Position numbers and translations under genes: made by a program. A stretch of 64,000 nt of DNA from Podarcis muralis (Eukaryota): the NCBI RefSeq assembly GCF_964188315.1, contig NC_135656.1, forward strand, positions 90,706,001 to 90,770,000. The letters are read 5' to 3'. The notes under the pieces were generated by a model that was not told the origin of the DNA, searched no databases, and saw nothing but the letters and a program-made list of their open reading frames with translations. How positions within the stretch are numbered: the stretch's first letter is position 1; each line of letters opens with the position of its first letter. Of the stretch, positions 25,519 to 38,739 are shown piece after piece.

Positions 25519-26888
25519 CTAAAAGGAATAAAAAGCAATGTTTGATTCAAAACAATATGCTTTATCATTATATGTACAAGTGAAGCACACTGAAGACAAG
25601 ATTCCATTTCACTCCTGCTTCAGCATCTCAGAAAGCGGGTTGCTTCAGCTTGGACCACCTTGACCACAACCCACTTTGGCCTAGATCCAAAGTCTCATCA
25701 AAATTTGGCCTTTGTATGACCCCTCTAACTACAACAGAGAAATCAACCAACAGCTGTAACTTTTAAAAAACTTTTTGACAGAAATAGATAAAAATGTGTA
25801 GGCACAGTTGTTCCTTCTGAGAGTATGAAACCTGACAAACTTTAGACAAGTGCAGGATTTTTTTTGTGCAAGAAAATGAAGTCTTTTAGAGTCTGGGGAA
25901 TAAATTTATTTTTTTTAAAAAATCTTGCATGGGTCAATTTGTGTGCAAATAACTTTTAAAATACCTTGTAAAATTTCAAAAGGACAGATGCCAAAGTCTG
26001 AGCCTTTTGGCGAATGAATAAAATGTTGTTTTCTGCTCTACAACACAGACAGATAAAGTGAGATACATTCCCCCAAGCCCCCACATCCAGTGAACACAAG
26101 CAAAACTAAGTTCTCTGTAAAGTTATTCCCTGGCTGGAAGTTAGAGGCCTCTTCTCCCTCTACCAACCTTATATGGAGTTTATAACAATCATACAGTGTA
26201 GTTCACCATTATAACCCTACTTGCAGGATGGAGGGCTATGCCGAGAAAGTGTACGTACAGCATACCTACAACAGTGCACATGAGTTTAAAGGCTTGTGAA
26301 ATCTTTCAAACATGCTACAGCTTTGACTCCTCTGATGTCACCCAATCTCGGAGATTATAGCAAAAACTAAGCAGGTGGTAGCTTAGTATAAAGCTATCAC
26401 TGTGTATTGTTTAAGCATGATTATAATAATGTGGTGTGGATTTAATAGAATTATTTTTTAATTGGATCATTTTTTTTTTGGATTCTTTCCCCCAACACAA
26501 AAGTTTTCCAGTGTACATCAGAAAATTTTCCAGTGCTTTAGAGAGTAATCTAATTAACATGTTTATTTTACTTACATTGAGGAAACAAAGCTGGACACAT
26601 TTGAAACTGTGAAACCTGACTTATACTGTATTTGTAACTAGCATACATTCCTGTGAAATGGAAAATAGAAGCACTGGGAAACTTTCCACCCCACATCACT
26701 GTTACTATAATGTTAGAGTAGATGGCACTATATGGAGGACAGATCCTGTCCAGAGTTCTTACAATCAATGATTTGACACAGGGAAACCAAGGAAGGGGAG
26801 CTAAGAGGAGAGAGGAGTAAAGAGGGGGAAAACCATTTCAATTTTGTTTACTTAAGGTTGCAACCCAAACTATCTGCCTAGGATTCAG

Positions 26889-27030
26889 TTACAGATAGGT
26901 AGCCATGTTGGTCTGCCATAGTCAAAACAAAACAAAAATCCTTCCAGTAGCACCTTAAAGACCAACTAAGTTAGTTCTTGGTATGAGCTTTCGTGTAAGG
27001 TGCTACTGGAAGGAATTTTTTTTTGTTTTA
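26889..27030. mobile_element. Penelope-like element fragment with inverted repeat
   Basis: GTTACAGATAGGTAGCCATGTTGGTCTG start; 18-bp perfect inverted repeat at 26940-26957 / 26996-27013. Confidence 0.55.
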
Positions 27031-27438
27031 TCTGCCTAGGAGTGTAACTGACTTTCACTTACACAACAATATTTCACCTTCCACTCCTCCTCCCTGGAGG
27101 TTGGGGGGCTCTTTGGAACAGATCTGAGTGGGGTATGGGGTATGGGGAGAGGAAGGTGAAGTCCCATTGCACAAGCAGAAATCTGCTTGTACACATCTAA
27201 TTACAAGTAGGGCATGGGGATTAAGTGGTTATGCCAAAGACTGAACAACAACAACATGGGTTTGCAGAAGAATTTGAAGGTAGACAGTAAGAGTCATTTT
27301 AGTTTGTAGTAATAATCACAGTTTTTAAGTGTACATCAGAGGAACACATAATTATTCTTAAGGAAACTGATGTTCCATGTTCCAACCAGCCCAGGCAAGT
27401 TTTACAGCCTCCTGAAGATAGTAACGTAAGAAACATAC

Positions 27439-27613
27439 CCTCGCCTTAAGTAGTTCTGAATACTCTGATAAGCATCATTGAACATCTCTAGATCTTCTTT
27501 TTCTCCAAAGAGGATGTAAGATTTCAAAAGATATTCATAGAAGGAATCTAATCCTGCTCCCAAACCACTCTGCTTTCCAACCCAGTGGCCAGTTTGAATA
27601 TTCACAACATTGC
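27439..27613 (-). CDS. EDEM1: EDEM1 exon 6
   Basis: [57 protein letters not shown]; 175 bp. Confidence 0.97.
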
Positions 27614-28001
27614 CTATGAATTAAACACAAAGACAAAGATTATCCAAGAATAGCTACAAAAATTGTTGCATTTATACATTGTTTGGCTGATAATGCTCAA
27701 TGTAGTATAAAATTCCTGTATAGCATGAAAGAAATTACAATAAAGCGTATACAATCTCAAAAGCCAGAGGACATCAGTATAGAAGTCAAGCATTACACCC
27801 AAAACAAAAGTCTGGATGCAAAACATTCAGTATGGGAAAAGTACATCCCTTTGCATTGTCTTTTAAAAATAAAATTGTGGCTTGGGTGCTAGCGGATCTC
27901 CTTCAACAGTCTGCCAATATAAGCACTCCTAAAGGGGACTTTAAGCTTGGACTTCCCAAATCATTTCAAGAGGATTCTAGGACTATATGTTCATTAATGT
28001 A

Positions 28002-28260
28002 CAGTGGTACCTCCGGTTGCGAATGGGATCCGTTCCGGAGTCCCGTTCGCAATGTGAAAAGCCCGCAACCTGAAGCGTCATATCTGCACATGTGCGCAGC
28101 ACGATTTGGTGTTTGTGCACAGGCGCAAAGCATGATTTAGCGCTACTGTGAATGTGGCGAAACCTGGAAGTAACCCTCTCCGGTACTTCCGGGTTGCCGC
28201 AGGACGCAACCTGACCTAAAAAAACGTAACATGAAGCGGACATAACATGAGGTATGACTG
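28002..28260. mobile_element. Tc1/mariner (Tigger-like) MITE
   Basis: TA-CAGTGGTACCTC ... GAGGTATGACTG-TA. Confidence 0.8.
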
Positions 28261-28991
28261 TATGTGAAGCACTGAAAGTACAAGATTTTATTAAAAACAA
28301 ACTTTGAGAACAGGGCTTGGAAGACCAACAGCACAGTTCACAAATAATTAGTTGTACAGAATCCCATCTTCATCATCACGTGTGCACATAGCTGCATTCT
28401 ACACCAGGTGAATATATTGCAGTAATCAGTACCCATATTTGAGTGTTTCTAGAACATTGCCGTGGTGCATTACTGCAGAGATAATCATTCACTAAATTAG
28501 GGTGGCTTCACACAGCATGCAGCTAATGTATATTCCATTGTGTGTACATGCAGCAAGGATCCCAGACAATCCCATCTCCCGATTCTGTAATATGCCTACC
28601 TATGATGCACTGCTCACAAGCAAACATCGGATGCACTAGCGTAGAAGTAAAAAATTATTCCTAATGGAGGATTTTTAGGCAATTGGGCACAAAGGTCCCA
28701 GTGCGACCATACAAATGGTGCTGTGGTTAGTTCAGTGGTATAAGCTATCACAACTATGCAAGTACCATGTTGTCTCCCACAACTGCTCCCCTACCTTGCT
28801 GGGAGGGAGGGATATCTGATTAAAAAAAAACTTGCCTTCCACCCATTGCAGCTTGCCTTTGCTTTGTAAGTCAATCTGTGAGGCTCACTTGAAAAGCAGT
28901 ATATAAATATCTTAAATAAGTAACTTTTCGGGATTATATTACTGTTAAGAAATTCTGTTAATTATGCAAGACCCATAAACCTATTATGCAC

Positions 28992-29175
28992 CTAATAGTC
29001 CAGTGTCATTGCTCCTTAGACTCCAGAGTGCTTTCACAGCTCGGCGGGCAACCCATTCAAAAGTGGAATCGCCCAGAAGCCTGCTAAGAATTCCAAATTC
29101 CACCAATAAGGATCCAGCTCCTGCAGTGCAGGTCTCATTGTTGCTGCCAGAAGGAACTCCTGTTCTTAAGTTTAC
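28992..29175 (-). CDS. EDEM1: EDEM1 exon 5
   Basis: [61 protein letters not shown]; 184 bp, in phase with exons 4 and 6. Confidence 0.95.
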
Positions 29176-29347
29176 CTACACAAAGATAAGAAGGTTTAAA
29201 TGTACATTTCTTGAAAAGCAAGCAGCAATAAGGATCCAGCTCCTGCAGTGCAGGTCTCACTGTTGCTGCCAGAAGGAATTCCTGTTCTTAAGTTTACCTA
29301 TACAAAGATAAGAAGGCTCAAATGTTCATTTCTTGAAAAGCAAGCAG
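29104..29347. repeat. 122-bp tandem duplication spanning the EDEM1 intron 4/exon 5 acceptor
   Basis: Units 29104-29225 and 29226-29347 differ at 6 positions by my count. Confidence 0.95.
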
Positions 29348-29902
29348 TTATATTTCTGTCTTTTGCTTCCTTCATTTCTACCCCCTTGATAATCAAGGAC
29401 AAATATAAAGTGACTTGTGTGTTTCATCAGTGTTCTGTCATGAGGTTGCATCATATTCCACAGGGAATCTGTCTTAAAGGAGTATCCAGATTAACATTAG
29501 GCATGTAAATACCCAGCCATCAAAAGACCAAGGTCAGACACTGCAAAATCTTCAACATGGAACAGCTCCAGGAACGCAGTCATGTTGAGGAACCAACAGC
29601 TGACCTAGGGCATCCATTAAAGCAGTTGATTTTGACAGCAGATTTTTAAAGTGAGGGCAAAGATATTTTCCGCTGTCAGGCTGTATGTTTTAACATGAGA
29701 AAGCAAGGCCTGTAAACACAGATGTGCTGAGAAAGGCGTTGCTTCCTCCACAAAGCTGCTATACATGGATGATATTCCAATCTAATTTTTCAAAAAGTGA
29801 GCCTTGCGTTTAATATTTAAGACCCATCTAGCCCCCGCAAGTGAAAGTAGAATGAAGTATTAAAGAAGGTTCCATGAAAACCGTTCTTCATGGCACACTT
29901 AC

Positions 29903-30074
29903 CCGAGGATAAGGAATTCCTGTTTTGGTGTTCTCAAAAGCAGGTAACAGTCTTACAGCCAGGTCATGAGCCATATGCAAGAGCTCATTATCATAGCCCT
30001 TAATAGTCATATCCCCAAAAGGCTGTCTGGCATCTGTTATGATGATATGGGCTGAAAGCAAGCTTCCCAAAACC
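29903..30074 (-). CDS. EDEM1: EDEM1 exon 4
   Basis: [57 protein letters not shown]; 172 bp. Confidence 0.97.
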
Positions 30075-31572
30075 CTGTAAGAGACAGTTTTAAAGGAGAC
30101 AATATATAATTTGCTACATTATGTGTAATGTACAACATATCAGTTATCAAAGCTAGGTTCAAGCTGAAGAGCAAACAGAACATTAGCTTATATCAGGAGT
30201 GGGGAACATTTTTCAGTCTAAGCGCTGCAACCCTCCTGGTCAACGTTCCAATCACCTCCATCCATGGAAGCAAGGGTCATCATCAGAATTCAAGGACACA
30301 TACTAGTTGGACAAAAACCACCTGGGGTGCAAAGCAGGGCCACTGAGGGATGTGGCCTAGGGAAAGGGGTGAAGGAAGTTCCATGGGCAAAGCGAGGCCT
30401 GGCTAAGAGAGACATTTAGGTCTTGGGCCCAAACCGCATTCTATACTCTTCAACTGAAAGATCAAAATGTAAGAAGCAGAGCATCTTAATCTGCTTCTTG
30501 AGCTATTTCACATCAGTTTTGTCTACCAGCACAGAATTCAGAAAAATCTGCTGTCATTTACTTGCCATGTTTCCTACTATCACAATGTCTTAATACCAAT
30601 TTTATCATGTCCAAACACAATATAAATTATTTTATGTTTATTCTGCACACCATCCCATGCTCAGCAATATTCTGAGCTTGCATATCCTGAGCAAGCACAC
30701 ATCTGTGATTGTAGTCTCAGCTAACAAGGAAATACCAAGTACAGTAAAGTTGAATTAATTAATTTAAGTGCAGGACCTAAATTGAGCTTTCAGCATGTAG
30801 CTAGCCTCTAAAAAGGCTCTGAAAATTACTGGCTAACACTGAAAATTGCAAGCCAGGATGCAAATCACTGTGATAGGTTTATATATCTCCACTAATCTAT
30901 AAACTTGCTGTTTCTAAATTATTATTTTTCAAACCCCTCAATAGAAAGTCCTCTTAAGTAAAAAAAAAATCAAATCACTAGAACAGATTACAAACCTTTG
31001 CTCTATCTTTCTTATAAAGAAGCCAATGCCAAAATGCTGGCAATTTGCTTAGCTGCAAGAGGCAAAATAGATATATCATGACTCAAATGCATTGACACAT
31101 TCTTTTTATTTAACTAAACATAAGTAAACAAAAGGTAAAGCACAAAAAGGCAAGACTTGACAACCTTTAAGCAATGAAGTGGTCACAACTGGGGGGTAAG
31201 GAACAAAAAGGGTATGTTAATTTCAGTGGTTAATTTCAATTCTGCCAGTTACAGGTAACATACATTTCTTGCTTTTGAGTATCTGAATGTGGTTAAAATT
31301 GCAGGTGTTGGAAACAGAGTTGAATGTGGCAAGTTTGCTGCTCTCAAAGCACAGTGGAGTTCTATAACAAAATTAACTGACAAACTGAGGAGTACCTGCA
31401 TTAGTACTTCTGCACACAGCATGCAGTAAAAAGACTAATAAGCAGGACTTTTTTTCAGGGGGAACTTGCCAGAACTGAGTTCCGGCACCTCTCAGGTGGG
31501 CATCCTTGCCATTCTAAGAGAATGAGGGAGGCGTTCATGGTGAGTTCTGGCATCTCTTTTTTCTAGAAAAAT

Positions 31573-31664
31573 TGTTGTTCAGTCATGTCCGACTCTTCGT
31601 GACCCCATGGACCAGAGCACGCCAGGCACTCCCTGTCTTCCACTGCCTCCCGCAGCTTGGTCAA
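31573..31664 (-). mobile_element. BovB/RTE LINE 3' fragment with TSD, inserted into a MITE terminus
   Basis: TGTTGTTCAGTCATGTCCGACTCTTCGTGACCCCATGGACC (reversed BovB tail); TSD AGAAAAAT at 31565-31572 and 31665-31672. Confidence 0.75.
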
Positions 31665-32211
31665 AGAAAAATAGCACTGCTAATAAGGGCAGTCACCATG
31701 ATGCAAAGCAGCACTCCAACTTGCAGTGTGTTTTTTATATATAAAAAAATGAGAGTGCAAAAAGAGGATGTTGTAGGGAGGGAGATACTGTTGCATGCTC
31801 CCTTCATACAGCACAGCAGCACAATCCATTGGTACTGTACAGCGAAAAGTTTTTTATCTCTCTGTAGTAGATGTTTACAGTTTTACACTTTGCTCCTAAG
31901 GAACTTCATGCGTGTCCTCCTCTGCTTTGACTTCAGGGGTAAGTACAAAAAATATTGCTAGGCGTTTAATATTAAGAGGACTAAAATTATTGTCAGTTCC
32001 CTGTGGTGTTTGTTTATAATACAAGCGGGTCCTCTTTAACCATCTATTTTGCTTTAGTGAAATTCTATCTTCCATCACTCAGAATTACCAATTTATTACA
32101 CTATGTTGTGAGACAGCAAGCAAGCAAGCATAAATTAACTGTCTTCTGAAAATGTGATAAATTTAGTTGGTGCTCACATACAATGCTCTCAGATTTCAAG
32201 TGGCAACCTAC

Positions 32212-32315
32212 CTAATTGTTGCTTCAAAAACTTGGACGGTTGAATCTGTGTCAAACGATACAGTGTCTATCACTAGTTTCACTGCTTTCTGGAACTCTGA
32301 AGAATTTCCCATTAC
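32212..32315 (-). CDS. EDEM1: EDEM1 exon 3
   Basis: [35 protein letters not shown]; 104 bp. Confidence 0.97.
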
Positions 32316-33563
32316 CTTTAAGGCAAAACATAATTATCAGATTACAGAATCACAAGTTTTTGTACTAGCTGTTTAAAATGTTTAAAATCAAAAATTAAAT
32401 ATCAGGCATTACTAAAAATCATAGAAATTTCCATTGTTACATTTCCTAAATCCCAATAATATTTCAGGACCTCAAAAGGTACCGTCCTAAAAACAACAAA
32501 GTATTAGAACACAAAGCACCATAATTTAAGTGTGATTGTTTAGTAAGGTGTATGATTTATGCAAAAAAAAAAAAAAACCAATTGCAACAAAACTATGCCC
32601 TATACAAAGTTTCAAAGTATATGAAAACAACTTCCAGGGTTAAATGTATAACTGTCTAAACAACACCATGTAAAGAAGCTATAGTGATTTGTCCAAGCTA
32701 AAAGCAGGCTCTAACACTAATACAAATGGTGATGGAGTTAAAATAATCAGAATGCAGTGGCACTGGGGTAATTCCACCAGGAAGAAAATGATACAAAAGT
32801 CTACTGTGGTATGGATCTTAATAACAGTCAATAATCAGGGTGGTTATAAAAATATCAGATGTGTTGAATCGAGCTTGCTTGACAGAATTAGTTTACTTTA
32901 AATAAAAACCTTCCTCAGTTAAGAAAACTACCTTGGCAGCAAGACATTCAATTGCAACTGCTTACAATTGACTCCACTCTGCTCCATAGAGTCTGCTGGC
33001 ACATATAATCAAATCTCTCACTGCTTGTGACTATCACCAAAGCCAGACATGAACTGAAGCCAATAGATCCCTTTCCCCTGAATAAGGGAGTTCCGTTTCC
33101 AGCAGAAGAGAACTCAGGAAAGGGGAGTTATCTAAGGGGAAGATGTTGGCACCTGTCTGTCTCAAGAGACAATGGAGTGCACCTCCTGGGGTGAAATCAA
33201 ACTCCTGCATTAACAGCAACGAGGTGACCTCCCCAGGGCGCAAGCCTGGGCAGTGTGTATGGAGGTCCTGGATTGCCTACGAAACAAGACCTCCTTCTCG
33301 GCCTCACTGATATGGTCCAAAGAAAGCAGAACAATACATCTGGCACCAGCCTGGCTGCAGGAGTTGCCAGAAGGAGGTGTACAAGGCACCATCCAACCAT
33401 CTTAGGGACTCCACTCTGGATTTGAATAGTATGGGTCTTTGCCCAGAAGGCATGTGTGTTAACCAAGGCAAGGAAGGAAAACAAGAGGTGCATGTGTGGG
33501 GTTGTAACTACTTTTGATCATTTTTTCTTTTTTTCTAGTAATTAGAAAACATTTAAAACTCAC

Positions 33564-33636
33564 TGCTAGGGTATCCAATGCATCAATCAGAGTAAGCGAG
33601 TAGTTTCCCAGGACATCATTGATATTCAGATTTGAA
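33564..33636 (-). CDS. EDEM1: EDEM1 exon 2
   Basis: [24 protein letters not shown]; 73 bp. Confidence 0.97.
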
Positions 33637-33919
33637 CTGAAATAAAGTCAGTTAGAAGTTAGTTCTATCAGATTTTTTAAAAGTTAGTTCAAGAATGTAC
33701 TGGTAGTCTATAAATCTTGTAGCCCGATACTAAGCTTGATTATCTAGATGAGAGTCCTAAAGAATTTAATGGGATATGTTCCCAGCTAAGTACGCAAAGG
33801 ATTGCAGCCTTGGCCCCATAACATAGATGCAGTATTAGCACACTCCTACAGTAAATCAGTCTACTGCCATATTATACTTTTAATTCAGTCATATGCAATT
33901 TCTTTCATAGTAAGGCAAA

Positions 33920-34157
33920 GATGCAACCTTGGACCTTGAACGCCTTGGCTCCCGAACAAATCAGCTCCCAAATGATCAAAACCCAGAAGTGAGTGTTCCG
34001 GTTTTCAAACGATTTTTGGAAGCCGAATGTCCGACGGGGCTTCTGCTGCTTCCGATTGCTTCTGCAGCGAATCAGAAGCCGCGTTTTGGTTTTCGAACAT
34101 TTTGGAAGTCGAACGGACTTCTGGAACAGATTCCGTTTGACTTCCAAGGTACGACTG
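33920..34157. mobile_element. Tc1/mariner MITE
   Basis: Right end CCAAGGTACGACTG-TA; left end degenerate. Confidence 0.7.
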
Positions 34158-36439
34158 TAATAGGACACATGGTCTACCAAGGTCAGAAACAGGATATAAG
34201 TGAACTACGGTAGGCCTAGGTATTTTGACTTGATGGACTGGGCACATCTGAAATTAAAGTGACACAAATATCTAGAAGCTTTACTGCTGTCTGTGTAACC
34301 TAGTGAATAAACATATACAAGTCTAAACTGGGAGATGCAACTTCAGATACTTGTTGAACTATGAGCAAATTAGAACATCATCAGAAAATTGTTCATTCTT
34401 TTTCTAAATTAAATTAAAAATAATTCTTGTTATAAGGCTTGATACAAAAAGAAAGACAGGATTATTGTGCCACATCTTCTCACTGAGCGCTCTGCTGTTT
34501 AAAACAAAACAAAAACTGGTGCTCTCCAGATGTTGCAGACTACAAGTCCCATAACCTTTTGTCATGCTGTCTGCTGCTGAGAAAAGTTGCTGTTAAAAAT
34601 AGCTAGAGGGCACCAGGTTGTTGAAGGGTGGATTAGGGTATATATACTCAGGATCAAAACACAATTGCTTATTTCTTCAGACACACAATCAATAACAAGG
34701 CTGTAAAAGGGTGTATTTTTCCTTCTTTCAAAGTGTATGTAAGGATTAGGAAGGGATCCAAAGAAAGTACAAATACATACACTCAGAGCTTAGCATGCTG
34801 TTTTTGCTACAGCAACCACTGAAGTGAGAAGCCACTGTTCAGTTTAAGTTACCTTGTCTCCTTGTGAGAACTATTTAATCAAAACAGCAAGTAAGCTCTC
34901 TCATCTTTTTTTATTAACTTTTCTCTATTCTTCAACCCAGTCTTATAGTCTTAACTAGGCCCCAAAATGTGGCAGAAATGCATGATTTTCTAAAAGTAAC
35001 TTGAAATATCCATACAATTGCTCAAATCTGAGGCTGTTATACAAACATCTGCGTGCCAGTTAAGTCTCAAAGTCAGAAAAGGAAGTAGCTCAAAACTGGT
35101 AGACAAGAAACACAGAAGCTGCTTGCAGTGAAAATAGATTTTACAAAGCAAGAATAGCTAGGAACATGAATACAGCCATGATATAGACTATTTTGACAAA
35201 AGTAGGCAGCTATGTTTATAAATACAACATTTAAGCTTCCTTCCCCTTTTCAAGAACTGGAATAAAGTTACCAATGTAACCTTCAAATTACTGGATTTAG
35301 TCTACAACCAGCGTTCAACACTTCAAGATATTTTAAAGTTTTGAGTTGATACTTATATTTTGAAAATATGTTGATTTGTTTTAGGAAATAAAAAAGAGAG
35401 AGAGAACAGATGTCTTGGAGAAGAGATGTCTTTCTCCAAGAACACAGTGTTCTTTGGACCCAAAGTACAATTCAAAATTGAACAAGATGGCAAAGGTTGA
35501 CAACATCAGCTTGTTCATTATGAAAGCTTTAAGATTTACTCTGATGTTTCTCAACCCTGACAAAAACTACCCTAAAAGCACTTTCTAAGCATAAAATTAG
35601 ATTTTCCTTACTGGTGCATCTGTTGAGAAATAGCCACACAGGCAATTATAAATATAATCTGGAAAGACAGAGTGGGTGAAGTCCACACAGTATTATATAA
35701 CTTTATATGAAATAAAATTTTAAGCTCAAATTGCTCTGCTAGCACAGGCCTATTTGTTCAAGTGATACATAGCAAAGAGCCAAAATTAAATCCCCAAATA
35801 ATGTTTAGGCTAGGTCTAATTGATTTTCCCATGTGCTTCACATATGTAACTGTGATCCTGATCAAATTCCAGAATATCAAGCTCACATTGATTCCATCTT
35901 TGTGTAAGCACCTGTCTTACTTAATTTAGGATGTTGGGCAGAAGGCTATATTTATAGTGTAGCTTTTATATAAAATTTAATCCAGTTATTTGACAATACA
36001 TATTCCAATAAAACATGGATTATTTTGTATTCAAAATGTTTTTCAAAATCTGCCATTCAAAAGGTTCATTACCAAAGGCTCCTGATTAAACTTAGCGGTG
36101 ATAATAGGACATATAATCTTATAGATCACTGAACCGTTTTTTAAAAAGGGAAGCAGCAAGTAGACTAAATGGATAGTTCTCACAACAGATGTATGTAAGA
36201 AGTGAGGCTCCCTCAAGGATCCATTTTGTGCTTTTTCATAATGGCCTGGACTCTGGCACAGTCAGGTCAAATTATTAAGGGTGGTAAAAAGAAAAAGGGA
36301 TCACAAAGAGCTCCAAAAAGGTATTTCTCCAAACAGGACAATGTCAAATGCAGTTCAGTTTAAGTGTAAACTGATGCATAATGAGGCAAAAAATTATACC
36401 CGCAAAAAATATACACACCAATGGTGAGCTAGTGATGAC

Positions 36440-37125
36440 TGACCAGAAAAAAAGGTACTGAGGTTGTGGTGGGTAGTTCAATTAAAATGTTGAGCTGGTG
36501 TGTAACCATTGTGAAAGAGGTAGATTCTGTATTAGAGATCAAGATAAAACTGCCAATATTGTACTGCCTTTATACAGCTTTATGGTGCAACCACGTTTGG
36601 AATATTATATACAATTCTGATTTACACTTCAAAAAAAATATATGCGTAATTAGAAAAGGTGCAGAAAAGGCAACCACAGCGACTAGGGGTTAAAGCAATT
36701 CCCCTACAACTTTTGGGGCTCTTCAAATTAGAAAAATAGATGAGGGAGGAAGACACGATAAAATGCACAAAATTATGTGGTGTGTTGAAAGAGGATAGGG
36801 AGAAGGATAGGGATAGGAAGACACTTCAGAAACAATCCTAGAACCCATCCAGTGACACTCAGGACAGACAAATGTACCACTTTAGACACACAGCAGATAA
36901 ACTATGGTATTCAGTAACAGAGTTAGGAACTTGAGTGGCTTTAAAAGGGGATTAGACAAATTCATGGAGGATAAGGCCATAAACGGTTACTAGTGATGAT
37001 GGCTACATACTAGAATCAAAGGCAAATACCAGTTGCTGGGAAATCATGAGCAGGAGAGGCCCTGGATGCAGGATTAAAGAGGACTTTGATCTGATCAAGA
37101 AGGTGTTTCTTTATGTCCTTAGGTG
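36440..37125 (+). mobile_element. Degraded CR1 LINE (ORF2 C-terminus and 3' UTR)
   Basis: Decayed ANIVLPLYTALVRPHLEY / LEKVQKR-like translation followed by CR1 tail motifs. Confidence 0.65.
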
Positions 37126-38040
37126 TGTCTGTGTCGACTAAAAGCTTTTGTGATCTTATTTACAAAGTGTCATTTCAAGGCTCGCTTACAAATAAGCTTG
37201 CAGGAAAGCATAAAGAATATGGCATGTAGATTTACTTGCAAACATGTGAAGTTGTTTTAGTTAAACAATGCACATCACTGAACTGCGCAAATCAGTAAAC
37301 TGCTACTGCATGTATCTTACTTAACCTGTAGCCATTAGACAACAGAAAGAGACCTACCTATACAGAAAGGACAATGTATAGCTGCATGAAACCGAGAGGC
37401 ACCAGGAATCTATTAGTAGCAACCAAAGCTTTGGCAGCAAAGTTAGTCTTTGCAACCAAGGGAAACCCCACTGTCGAATGCATCCCCCTCCCAGGAGGAA
37501 TGAAGCAATGCTCATGCAATTTTTGAAGCACTCTACGATTTTTAAGACTGCAAACAACATGTAAGATGGCATCACTGGGTGCAACATAGTTGGGTCTGAC
37601 ACTTCTGTAAGAATAAGATCTGATAAAAGAAACTAGAGGAAACCAATAGCTGTCACACTCCAACCGTCACCTTTGCACTTTGGAAAGAGTACACATATGC
37701 AGTCACTACATAGCTCTTGTGACTGTTCAGTTTTATTGTTTCTGAAAGATTGCTTTTCCTATCCACAGCCATAACTTTACTGCCAGTTTCACTTCTCCTA
37801 AATCCGACCCTTCCCATCTCAAAAACAAGCTCCATGTTTTCACCTTAAACTCTGCTCCCCACCCATTTCTACATGCAGGGACCATTCAACACTGCTGTTG
37901 TTGGTTTTCCCTTTAACACTGCAACTGGAGTTAGCATCAATACATCCCTACCTTTGGGTTCCCAGACCAACCTAGGGTTCTTACACTCACAGTAGTTACA
38001 GTCATAGCTCCACATCGATACAAGACGGCTGGGGCAAGAG

Positions 38041-38318
38041 CAGGGCAAGATTTAGGTTTGATGAGGCCCTAAGCTACTGAAGGTAATGGGGCCCTTTATA
38101 CGTCCAGCTGTCCTTTGTCAAGACCCATTACTTGCATCATAGGAGCCTACACAACACCAAACACTGTTGCTGTATGAAGGTTTTATTATATTTGTTTCTT
38201 ATCTTATATTTTGGAAATGCACATCCATATTTCTTTTCCTTTAATTTTTTTGGGGGCCCCCAAGAGAGTCGGGCCCTAAGCTATAGCTTGTTTAGCTTAT
38301 ACGTAAATCTGGCACTGG
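38041..38318. mobile_element. Non-autonomous TIR element
   Basis: CAGGGCAAGATTTAGG ... GTAAATCTGGCACTG inverted termini. Confidence 0.5.
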
Positions 38319-38739
38319 GCAAGAAATGGGAACACATACTAATACCTATACTGTATGACTGCTAAACCACAGAGGTGGTAGTTGCTATCGGCTTCAAATG
38401 GGCTCCCTTTCAACTTGCTCCCAGGGCCTATGGCAGCATATCCCATAACCTGTTCCCTCCCCCCCCAAAAAAAGAAAATACTCTTTGAAAGGTGATTCAA
38501 AGTCTCCCCGCTTCAAGTCCTTAAGTTGCTCCACTCTTACTTTCTCGTTGAGTTCAAGTTAACCCGCTGAAACAGATGGGACAAGGTTTTCAAACCCACC
38601 CACCGAAAACCCTCTTAACTCCATTCTTTTGCCAACAGCCCAGGTAGACCACGTCCAATTCCCTCTCCTTGCCCGATCTCCAAATTCTCTTTTCTCTCTC
38701 TCTCGCCCCCTCGAAGCAAGGAGGGCCTACAGCCTGGTC

